Shown piece after piece: positions 15,235 to 26,454 of a stretch of 64,000 bases of DNA (positions within the stretch are counted from its first letter, which is position 1; the number at the start of each line of letters is the position of its first letter). Position numbers and translations under genes: made by a program. Source of the stretch: Paragordius varius (lineage: Eukaryota > Animalia > Nematomorpha); assembly GCA_964247055.1 (NCBI GenBank), contig OZ176054.1:9052001-9116000 (forward strand), read 5' to 3'. Under the pieces are notes generated by a model, which was given only the letters and a program-made list of their open reading frames with translations, had not been told where the DNA came from and searched no databases.

Positions 15235-15617
15235 ATTTAATATACGATTTTAGTTATATTATTTTTAAATATATAAAATTAAATATTTCAAAGGATGATT
15301 TATGTGCAAATATATGTTATACTATATAAAACCCAATATTTATGACAATGTTTTTAAATTAATTATAAAATCTCTGTTCCAGTATTAATATACAAGATAC
15401 CTTTGTTTAAAAATAGAAGCGTCAACATTTGTGGTTCATGTTTTTCCAAATATTTGCAAAAAATGTCTAGACCAAACAATTTGTTCTTCTCGATATAATC
15501 AAATATTGCAGTAAAGACAGTTTCCTTGGATTGACATGTTTTCGTCCAGCCATAAGTGATTGAGTCAATAATATTTAAGGATTTCAAATAACTCAGAAAA
15601 TCTTCAAAATTTTCCAT
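1161..15617 (-). CDS. DLG5: Disks large homolog 5 (CARD-like, coiled coil, 4 PDZ, SH3, GuK), 15 exons, ~2150 aa
   Basis: Exons 15617-15401, 9785-9697, 9564-5766, 5700-5531 (or -5552), 5505-5463, 5426-5356, 4304-4106, 3791-3286, 3259-3133, 3103-2902, 2755-2298, 1884-1655, 1584-1472, 1445-1318, 1285-1161 splice in frame via GT-AG to TAG at 1163-1161. DLG5-type motifs: LEKHEPQMLTLLFLN, AVQEYTLIMAERDTVHREIDKLQDEL, PDZ3 EPLGIQI..GGIFISHV..GDQLLEICGINLR..QYNP, SH3 GDKFFIKVMF..W, GuK RPIILCGP..HTLLDIS..LSSICE..EQEQQKCIW. Confidence 0.93.
5766..9564 (-). CDS. DLG5: DLG5 giant exon 3 (3799 nt): low-complexity insert, coiled coil, PDZ1, PDZ2, linker
   Basis: The 1180-aa ORF continues stop-free upstream to an acceptor (tttttatag ending 9565); donor GTATAA at 5765. 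Confidence 0.9.
13560..14030 (+). mobile_element. Decayed RTE-clade LINE, 3' fragment, in DLG5 intron 1
   Basis: Translates with breaks to KLSYFGHIISSNFLEKSLMLERVSRYTKKRPPEK, matching the RTE C-terminal pattern L.YFGHI..LEK..M.G...G.R.RGRP. Confidence 0.7.
15190..15232. repeat. (TA)n microsatellite
   Basis: Direct reading; one of many such tracts in the window. Confidence 0.95.
15401..15617 (-). CDS. DLG5: DLG5 first coding exon (CARD-like domain)
   Basis: MENFEDFLSYLKSLNII..FCKYLEKHEPQMLTLLFLNK resembles the DLG5 N-terminus; its phase-1 donor (15400) matches the phase-1 acceptor at 9786. Confidence 0.8.
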
Positions 15618-16040
15618 CTGCGCCTTATGTTACCTGCCCATGTGCTTTCCCATAATTTTAAATGAATGCGTTCGCACATTATATGTTTTCTAACAATGTA
15701 TCCGAATTTTATAAGGCTTTTGGGTTTTAAGGGTTATGAGTTATATAAGAAAGTAATTTGTACGCTTGTGGTTATGATATCTTAAAAAACAAAGTCTGAT
15801 ATTATGTTTGATAAAATATCTTTGGTGAAAGCCAAATGCTTTATTCTAAAAAAATCACTATATATTATATGCTATATTTAAAAAGAATTTTGTTTATAAA
15901 ATTAAATTAAGATGTCGATTTCTATACCCAAATTTTGATCGCCCTTTTAAAATGGATATACATATATATATATATATATAGATCATTATATAACAACAAA
16001 CACTTATACAATTAATTTATCCTTTTACCGTCCATTTATT

Positions 16041-17065
16041 TTTTAATAAATTTTTGTGAATGTGATACCATCACCTATTTTCGACACCAACTCATCAAAC
16101 GATGGGATTATATGAGAGTCTTCTTGCAACCACTTATTAATTGTTACCCGAAAATCACTGCATATTCTTAATTCGCCATTCGGTTTATGTACATTAACCG
16201 TAGGCGTGGACCATGTCACTGGTGTAATGTTAGGATCAACCGGTTCTAAGATGCCTAACTTTTCTAGCCTCGTCAGCTCTTTCTCCACCTTTTTAATGGA
16301 AAAGGCACCCTGCGACATGGCCATACTTTCGGGATCGCATTCACTGCGATGCGAATTTTCACAGGGTCTTTATAACACCCTAGCTTATTTTCGAATAAGT
16401 TTTTAAAATTTTCGCAAATCTCATTTAATTTAAGATAACTAATTTTACCCTGAGGCATCTCATCTGTAATTTAGCCTTCCAATCCCTTCCACAGATCAGT
16501 TGTATCATCATCGTTTTCTCAGGACACATATCTACCCCGATCATTTGTTGCCTTTTACCTGGACGTTGACGCTTGCTGTCACCATCATTGGCACTGTCGT
16601 GTTATTATATGATTTCACTGGTGGTGTCGGTCTTAGTTTGGGTTTACCAATTTGTTCCCATGTTGTAAAGTTTATTACATTGATATCAGAATATCATATT
16701 TCAAACCGTTTATTATTAATGTTATCAGTATAGGTGTCATTTCGACCTACCTTGACCTACTTCAATTGTTGCCTATTGAAGTTAGGGCTTTGTTTCTTGG
16801 CTACACACATCAATGGTTCAGCTTTCCGCATTTGTTGCAGGATCGTCTCCAGGCTGTACACTTTTTGGGTGGGTGTATGGTGCCGCAATATTTACATGTA
16901 GTAGATTATTTTATTATTGTTTGTCGGTTGGATTTATTATGTTGTAACCGATTGATATTATTGCTTTTACTATATCGATTGCTATTATTATTGTATTTTT
17001 TTATGGTTGGCAATGCTAGTGTGATGAGCTATTATATTCATTAGTTCGTCATTGCGTCTTGGCCA
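16041..17065 (-). mobile_element. Ty3/Gypsy (Mag-like) 5' fragment: gag zinc knuckles, protease remnant, RT N-terminus; pseudogenised
   Basis: CKYCGTIHPPKKC and CNKCGKLNH knuckles, GRDW protease end, RRVPFPL..VEKELTRLEKLGILEPV..WSTPTVNVHKPNGELRICSDFRVTINK; stops and frameshifts. Confidence 0.9.
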
Positions 17066-17110
17066 TCAATAATAAATGGAGACCACAAGTAACGTCAATA
17101 ACGGTAAAAT

Positions 17111-19555
17111 GTGACATGGGCCACACCGACGGTTAATGTACTTAAACCGAATGGCGAATTAAGAATATGCAGGGATTTTCGGGTAACGATAAATAAGTGG
17201 TTGCAAGAAGACTCTCATATAATCCCCACGTTTGAGGAGTTGGTGTCGAAAATAGGCGAGGTATATCATTCACAAAAATTAATTTAAAAGATGCTTACCT
17301 CCAAATGCCAGTGGCAAAGGAGTGTCAAGAATTGTTAACAATATCAACACTAAAGTTTTTTTTACAACCGCATGACGTTTAGACTGGCCACGGCACCCAT
17401 CATCTTCCAAATGGTGATAGAACAGGCGCTGGCTGAAAGTTCGGGATGACGTCCTAGTGACTGGTACGACGGAAAACTAGCATATTAACAATTTAAATAA
17501 AAGCCGGATTCATATTAAGACAAGATAAAATAATGATAGGTGCAGAATCAGTAAACTATTTAGGGTTTGAAACGAAAAAGTTTATAACCCATGTAAAAGC
17601 AAAATCAAGGCAATTAAGGAACTAAAAAGGCCGGTAGATAAAAAGTCATTACGGAGTTTTTTAGGTTTTTTAACGTTTCACGAACGCTTTATACCAAAAT
17701 TACAAATGATAGTCGGTCCCTTACATGAATTAACTAGTAAAAATACGAGATGGTCTTGGACCGAGAAACATAAGAAAAGCTGGTGAGCAGCTAAGAATTC
17801 GTTAAGCGAAAATGTTTTTACCACCATATAATCCGAATAGGAAATTGATAAAAAAAACTGATGCGTCAGATTTAGGATTTGGGTGTATTTTAAGTCATGA
17901 GGTTAATAGTGAAAGGATACCGATAGCGTATGCCTCATAAAAATGTACGCTGAAAGGAATTCATCGAGAAGGAATTAAAAGCAATATTGTTTGCGTTAAG
18001 AAAGTTTCATAGTTTCGTATATGACAGAAAATATATAATATTAACTGACCATTTACCCTTAGTAGAGTTAATAAATAGAGATCAAAATTTATAAAAAAAA
18101 TACATAATGGTAAAGTACCAAGATGAATTAATATGATAAATGAATACGACTTTGAAATAAGTCATCAAAAGGGGGCTTAAAATAGAGCTGATTATTTATC
18201 GAGAAGGCCGATTGACGAGATCGTTGCCTATGATGAAGATTATGCGGTTACCAGATATCTGAAATTTTTGAATTGTCATAACTTGCGGTTAAGCAAAGAT
18301 GAAATTCGAAAAACCGCATTAGATCCAGTATTAAAAAAAGTAATTAAAGCGTTAAAGAACCATGACTGGAGAATGGGAAAAGTTTGTAAACCGTAAAGAC
18401 GAGTTGGCTTATCAATATGGCTTAATAAGTTTAAATGATCGGATTATAATTCCGAAGCCCCTCCAAAAAGAGGTGGTGAGATGCCTACACAGCAGTCATA
18501 ACAACGTAGAGACTATGAAAGCGATGGCCAGATTTACGTGTTATTGGCCAGAATAAGAAACTGACCTGGTAAAAGCCAGTAGTCAATGCGAATGGTGCCA
18601 GCGTAGTTGGCCGAATGTTACTCAGAATTTTATGTATAAGTGGGAGCGTTTACATATTGATATAGACGAACCGGTAGACGGTTATTATTGGTTGTTGATA
18701 ATTGATAGTGCCTCGAAATGGGCAGAAGGATTTATTTTGAAAAAGGAAACCGCAGTGAATATAATCCATAAAGTATAAGAAACGTTTGCAAGGTTTGGGT
18801 TTGCAAGAGAGATCATTAGCGATAACCCTTCGTATTTCAACAATGAGTACTTCACGTCAAACTTAAGTACGTTAGGAGTAAAACATATTAAGGTAACCCC
18901 CTACCATCCTAAATGGGATGGTAGAAAGGTCAGCAGGTACAATAAAAAATAAATACAAAAGAATAAAAAATAATGCGATATCCACACACGAAGCGTTTAA
19001 CACTAGCCTATGGGCGTATAGAAATTCTACACTCAACAACGAAAGAAACCCTGGGCAAATTAATGTTCAAGCCAACACCTTATACCCCCTTAACTTGTTT
19101 AAATAGTAAGACAAGATTGTTAGATGCACCGGCACCCCGACGTCAGTTTGCCATTAATGACCCAGTATTAAAAATAAACTAAGTCCAGGGTTGCGCGCCG
19201 GAGAGATTACGGACCGTACAGGGTTATTTTACAAGGTGTGGGACAAAGACCGGAAAGTCGTGAGGAAACACGCCGACCAAATAGTGCACCAACCACAACA
19301 ACAAACTACCACTTCCAGCAACACAAGTGACGAGGATGTAACCACGCCAAAGGACGATGAAACAATTGCCGAAACGGAACCAAACAGCACGATCAGCCCA
19401 AGTGACGAAACCGAACCGATTACCCCGACAACTAAAAGTTCAAATAATGAAATACTCAGGAATCTGCGACAACCAGCTCCCTTACAAAATACAGGAACGA
19501 CGTTACCCGACAAGAAGTCGTCAGAAACCCGCCCGCTTTCGTTAGAAGGGGGAAG
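17111..19555 (+). mobile_element. Ty3/Gypsy (Mag-like) pol fragment: RT, RNase H, integrase, polypurine tract; pseudogenised
   Basis: RT start as in the minus copy; RNase H TDASDLGFG..IAYAS and LTDHLPL; integrase H..H..C..C finger, WERLHID, ISDN, TPYHP..MVERSAGTIK; PPT AGAAGGGGGAAG at 19544-19555. Confidence 0.92.
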
Positions 19556-19558
19556 TGA

Positions 19559-19788
19559 TGTTATAGTGGTAACTGACAGGCTAATTTGAATGAATCTTAT
19601 ATTAACTATTAGGCTAACCGCACAAACAACATTCGTTATATATTAATAGAATAACCTCGTAACCTAAGTTTGTAGTATTATTATATTATTAGATTACCCT
19701 CTCCACCACGTTTGACTATTATTATTATTATTATACTTTGAATAAATTGTAGAAACGCAAGCACTTCACCTTAATATATGTCACAACA
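19559..19788 (+). mobile_element. Probable 3' LTR of the Gypsy element (no matching 5' LTR in window)
   Basis: Follows the PPT, begins TGTT, ends AACA, contains AATAAA near 19741. Confidence 0.7.
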
Positions 19789-19959
19789 TATACTAATTAT
19801 ATTAGATATAAATATATATAGATAGATCATTTTATATAACAGCCAAAAAGATATACAATAAATTTATCCTTTTTACCGTTATTGACGGTACTTGTGGTCT
19901 CCATTTATTAGTGGCATCACAGTGCATATATATATATATATAAATATATATATATTCTT

Positions 19960-21100
19960 ATAAATAAATGCATCAGAATTTTCATGGTACTTTTGGTTTT
20001 TTTGGCTTACGAGTGATTTAAGGAAGTTTTACCACTTTTGTTATAATTGCTTCGTGAAAAAGTGATAAATATGCGCAATTATGTCAAATAAATTTTTTTG
20101 GGGAAGGTTAAATGCTTCATTGAAAAATTATTAAAATTTATCATAAATTCCTAAAATATAACAGTATTTTTAAAACTCAATTTTTAGTTGTAAGCTCCGA
20201 AAGTTTTCAGATTTTTAAACTTATTTAAATCGGCGGGATTTCTAAAATTAAAATACCGCGATTTTGCGTTTTTTAATATATGCTGGATTATGACGTGAAA
20301 AACATATTTTAGTAAAATGCATTTGTCAAAAAAATTAATTTATAATAAAATTTGAAGCGTACTCCACATTTTGAGGCAGGATGAAAAGTTAACGTTCCCA
20401 TTTTAGACGAGCAAAATTTGGGACTTTTGGACCCACATCTAAAAAATAATTTTTTTTGAAAATATTGTTTTACTTTTACGTAGCTAATGATATATTTTAA
20501 TTATATTTTTTAATGAAACCTCAAGTTTTCACAAAAAAATATTAAAATTATGTGCGAAAATTGCCATTTTCTGATATGGAGCCCTCGTCACAAAATTGGT
20601 AATAATTTCGTAAGGACCAAAACCAAAAGCAACATGATTATCCTGACACGTTTTCCTATCAGAATGTATAGATTTTATCAGGTTTATTTTTTATGAACCT
20701 AGTGTTATGGACAAACATTGTTTTTATAATCTTAAAACGTTTTTTTACCGTTTACATCATGCATAAAAATAATATGAAGTAGGGTTAACAAAATTACTAA
20801 AAAATTTAACAAAGTCTCCATCAGTTATTATTAAAATTTAGCCTATTTATATTTTTTCTAGAGCGGTATTTTTGCATTTATTTTAAGATTTAATAACTTC
20901 CGTTAATCACTCATAAGGGCTAAAATACAAAATGGCATTAAAACACTTCTTATTAGAATATATATATATATATTATCAGAATTTTTTTGTGGACACTGCT
21001 AATCTTATTGAAAAATATATCAGGATCATAATGCTGGTTTTGATCCTTGTTTAAAAGTTCCTAAATGGGGTAGTTGTGAACTCGAGAAATTTTTAAATTA
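19960..21100. repeat. Unclassified interspersed repeat, related to 24860-25560 and 48830-50200; ends approximate
   Basis: Shared blocks such as AAAACCAAAAGCAACATGAT and AAAATTTGGGACTTTTGGACCCACAT recur, diverged, in both orientations; no coding remnant recognised. Confidence 0.55.
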
Positions 21101-21584
21101 CTTAAATTTAGCATTGAGCAAAGTTAAATGGTTTTTTTAAAAGTTTAGGCGCATGCTTTTTTATTTAAAAAATTTAAATTAAAAATCATAACTTTTTTGC
21201 CGATTTAGTTTTTTTTCATTTTTTAAAGCAGTCAAAGATAAGTATATTATCGTTATAAAATATAAACTTCGGAAAGATCTTAAATAAAAATTTATTAGCA
21301 AATTCTGGGTATTTATGGATATAATATGGCTTTAATTTTTGAGGCCGAATTCAACACCATAAAATTTAAGAAACTGTAAAAATTTTAGGTATTTTTTTAA
21401 ACAAGAGAAGAGGGTAGTTAGATAATTAAATTTTAGCCAAAGCAACTTTCAAAAGAACTTTACAAATTTAAACTCCGTTGCACAAAACTACCTCAAAATG
21501 TTATCATCTAAAAAACAGAAAAGTTAATATAATCTATTTGCAAGAATTATTTTGTCAGCGGTACAATATTTTTAGGCATAACAC

Positions 21585-24500
21585 ATGATGTATACCTCGA
21601 CTGGAATAAATTCAAATGTTAAATCTTTGGAATTTTGCCATGCCACGAATATCCTGTATTTTACCCGAAAAAAATCAGCATATATAATAAAAAATGTACT
21701 AAATAGTTTATTTTGCAGGTTATGAAATATGCAATTGAAGTCATTAACATACAACATGAAATATCAATAATTAAAACTTTACCTAAATTTTTAATATTAG
21801 GTACTGTTGATGGATTTTTGTATTTGTATAAAATAGATGAAAAGAATACACAGGTTTACAATATATTTTACGTAAGATTAAGTCAATGAAAATTCACAAC
21901 TCAAAAATATGTGCATTAGATGCGATATCTTTTGAGGATAACTTATTCGTCGCATCTTCGTCAATTGATTCTGATATCAAAATTATCTGTCTTGTATATT
22001 TATTTTAATATCAGAATTCAGCAGAAGAAAATGTTCTACTTAACTCTCAGCAATATGATATAACTTTATCGCTAAAATTTAATCCATTCGGTGTAAATAG
22101 TATAATATTTTTATATTATTATATATATTCTTTTAATGGCTGGAACATCGGATAATAAAATTAAATTATTTAAAATTTGTCTGGAAACCAATTCTGCAAT
22201 TCAATTATACGGATCATTTTTCCATGGTCACACGGATTGGATACGATCGATTGACATTTTATCATATAAAGGTTGAATAAAAAATGTTTAAATTTATAAT
22301 CATAGATAATCTCCTAGTCCTTTCTGGCGCTCAAGATTGCACAATTAAAATTTGGAAATTGCAAAATTCAACTGCACATATGCCAAATGAAAACGGTACT
22401 TTTTCAAATAGATAATAATAAAAAATATCACAAGATTGTTATATCAACACTTGGATACAGCACATTCATTTCATTGTCCCAGGCCTGTTTAATATTAAAT
22501 TCTATAAAAAATATGGAAGGAATCAAAATCATGGCAAACGTTTGCACTTATATAACATTAATAAACTGAAATATATAAAAAATTTTATTCAAAAATAATT
22601 GATATTAATTTTAAGCTAAAACCGAAAGGTATAAATTTAGTCAACGTGACATGTTTGCAATGTAAAATAAAATAATAATACAAAATAAACCGCTTTATCT
22701 ATTATCAATGTTAAAATGTAATTTAAATAAAAAATTAGCTTATTTTACCCTTAAAATTAACTGAAAGCGATATTTTGCAAAAATTTTGTAAAAAACTAAA
22801 TTTTATTTAGATAATATTTATATAATTTTTATTAGGATAGAGCTTAAATTTAAATTGGGACCGTTTCCTTCAGTAGTTAATCCTAACTTAAATTCAGTTT
22901 GGGGTATTTAGATGCCTCAATTTGAATCAAAGTGTTAATATCGTAAAGATATTTGTGTATAACCGCAAATATTGTATATTTAATACACCATGGTATTAAA
23001 TTAGTCATAAATTATTTTTTTTTATAAGTTTCTTGCCACACTAATGTGAACAAAATGGGAATTTTTACACTAGCCTCACAAATATAGAAAAAAAATAATT
23101 TTCTAAATGTTAATGTTATAAAATAAAGGGTAAAAACTTAATAAAAAATATAATTTTAAAATATCCTAATGACATCAATAAAAAATAATAATTTTGTAGA
23201 ACTATTCAAAAATATATGTAACATGTATTTCTTTAAGGGTTTAATAATTCTAACTTTGCATATCGTAAAATTTTATAAAATTAATATTATCACAATATTT
23301 TTATAACTGCAAAATTTTTGGTAATGATATTTTCGATATTTGTGTTTTCTCGAATTTACTAGAATTTTACTTTATGTAAAATAGATTTGTAGTAAAAAGT
23401 GTATTATTAAGGAGCGAATTCAATTATGGATGTTTCAAAGTTAAATATGTATATTTATAGTAGCGTATGTGATAAAAAATAGTAGTCCAAAATTAAATAA
23501 ACAAAACTACTGTCAAAATAAAAAACCATATGCTACTGTATTTATTAAATATTCTATGCAAGTTTCAAAATTTTTAACAGTTAAAACCAATTCTAACCTT
23601 TTAATTAATTTGTAAAACTGTAAATATTTGTAAGTTATGTACGCAGTTTTTAATATTATAATAACATACTAATGGCATGTAATTTTATTTTTTACACAAA
23701 TAGAATACATTGTCGATATTGAATCTACTTTGCAAGCTCACAAAAATTGGATATATCACGTTGAATGGCGTCGCTTCCGTATTATTTGTAATGATAAACA
23801 TATATATTCTCTTTCGTTAAACAGAGAACAATGAACATAATTTATCGTTTATGTCTGTTTCATTGGATGAAACAATAATTCTTTGGCTTTATGACCAAAA
23901 TGAAAATATATGGTTTGAAGGGGTAAGTATTCAATTCACTAAAAAAATTTATATAATTTTTAAAGATTGTATAAATTGTTTTCTGATGAAAATTGTGAAA
24001 AAGATGGTGGTTAAAATTGAAATTAAAGACCCATGTTCAAGTAAGTATTACTTACGTCTTTATGCTTAAATCTTATGCTTAAATCCTTATGCTATTTTTG
24101 CTTACATTTTTGAATAAATACCATACATTCATCATAAGTCTGCTCCTAGTAGACTTATTAAAATTTCAAAGTGGCATAACTTTAAAAATATTGCGAATTT
24201 TTGAATTCTGTAAATTGGAGGATAGAAAGTAAAGTATATTTAACAATTAATATATGGGTTTGAGTAATGTTGATCCAATCTTTTGGCATTAAAAGAGGTT
24301 TACACAACCCCTGGTAAAAAATAGTTTAAAACATGCATGCAAAATCCAAAGTTTTATAGAAGAAATAGGTACGCATTTTATCGAACTATATTTTTTAGAT
24401 TTATTTGAGTCATGGAAATCGAAGTATTTGCATACTTTGTGAAATAAAGAAATCTACCCAGTTTTTGAATTCTTCAAATTGGAGGAAAGAATATATATAT

Positions 24501-26414
24501 ATATATATATAACAAGTAATTTATAGGTTTTAGAAATTGCATCGATATCTTACACATCTTAGTTAGCTAAACTGCTTATAAAATATATCCGGAACACACA
24601 TGCAAAATCCAAAGTTTATTAGAAGGTGTGCAATTGATTTAACTATATTTTTTAGATTTTGATGTATGGTGATTAAAATATCCGCGCACTTTTTGCATTT
24701 CGAGAAGGCATTGAAGAATCTACCCATTTTATTAGATGGATAAAAATATATATTTATTGACAATAAATATATGATATTGGAATTTATTATATCTTTCCAC
24801 CCTGCAAGCGTTTAAAAATCATTTCAATCTATAGTGCACAAAATCGGAGGCTATAAAAAATATCCTGATGAATCAAACATATTGCATATTAGGAGTATCA
24901 TGGTGCTTTTGGTTTTAGGTCTAACGAATAATTAAAAGTCATATCCAATTTTGTGGTATTTGTTTCTTATCGAAAAGTTGCAAATTCATAAATTGTGAAG
25001 GCTAAATGCTTCCCTTTAAAAATATCAGTATATATGACATGAACTCTATTCAAAAACCAAAATGAAATTTACAATAAGCGTAGGCTACAAAAGTCGCAAC
25101 TTTTTGGACATCTCTAAAATGGGCCAGTTTTTAAAAAAGCCGATGCGCGATAATATTTTTCATATAAACTAGAATTCAATATAATAGATTTTTCTTCTTA
25201 AATTGTAGCAATTTTTTAGCGTATTTTATGGTGCTTTAAGATATTACAAAAACACTTTTTATATATAATTGATTATGCTTAACATTTCTATCACCTCAAA
25301 ATTTTAATTGCCTTTTGATTAATTTCGGGGAAATATTTAGTGGTCTTAAAATTGTGACTTTTGGGGTCCACGCTTAAAATTTTAAACTTCATTTTGGTTT
25401 TGAATATAGTTCATAATTTAATGATATTTTAAAAAAGAAGCATTTAACTTTCACCAAAAATTTTTATAAATTTGCCTAATTTGCAACTTTTCGATAAGAA
25501 AAAAATACCACAAAATTGGATATAACTTTAAATTATTCGTTAGACCTAAAACCAAAAGCAACATGATACTCCTAATATGCAATATATTTGATTCATCAGA
25601 ATTTTTTTATAGCCTCTGATTTTGTGCACTGTTGATTGAAATGATTTTTAGACGCTTGCAAGGTGGAAAGATATAATAAATTCAAAATATCATATATTTA
25701 TTGTCAATAAATATATATTTTTATCCATCTAGTAGTAAAATTTTTTTTAAAAAAAAGCGTAGATTCTTCAATGCTTCCTTATCAAAATGCAAAAATGCGC
25801 GGATATTTAAATCATCATACATCAAAATTTAAAAAATATAGTTAAATCAATTGCACCTCTTCTAAAAAAACTTTGGATTTACATGTGTGTTCCTGATATA
25901 TTTTTTAAGCAGTTTAGCTAATTAAGATGTGTAAGATATCGATGCAATTTCTAAAACCTATAAATTATTTGTTAATATATTTTTTTTCTGTCCTCCAATT
26001 TAAAGAATTCAAAAACTGGGTAGATTTTATTCACAAAGTATGCAGATATTTCGATTTCAATGACTCAAATAAATCTAAAATATATAGTTCGATAAAATGC
26101 GTACCTATTTCTTCTATAAAACTTTGAATTTTGCATGCATGTTTTAGGATTTATCCATTTTTTTAGAGGGGTTGTGTAAACTTATTTTAATGCCAAAAGA
26201 TTGAATCAACATTACTCAAACCTATATATTATTTGTTAAATATACTTTACTTTCTATCCTCCAATTTACAAAATTCAAAAATTCGCAATATTTTTAAAAT
26301 TATGCCACTAAATTTTAATAAGTCTACTAGGAGCAGACTTATGATGAATGTGTGATATTTATTCAAAAATGTAAGCATAAGGACGCAAGTAAAGCTTACT
26401 TGAACATGGGTCAG

Positions 26415-26454
<40 letters not shown>

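Noticed and set aside
574-22105. In-frame TAA codons near several exon starts, suggesting stop-codon reassignment
   Set aside because: The 1266-codon DLG5 exon has no TAA/TAG/TGA despite high AT content, and the genes end in standard stops; the cases resolve as introns or UTR.
22396-22411. Apparent 16-nt GT-AG intron joining ELP2 to ORF 22387-22569
   Set aside because: The donor at 22396 splices in phase directly to 23704 giving ELP2-like sequence, and no donor after that ORF restores frame. A similar 16-nt GT..AG upstream of the DLG5 ATG (15618-15633) also gives no open frame.
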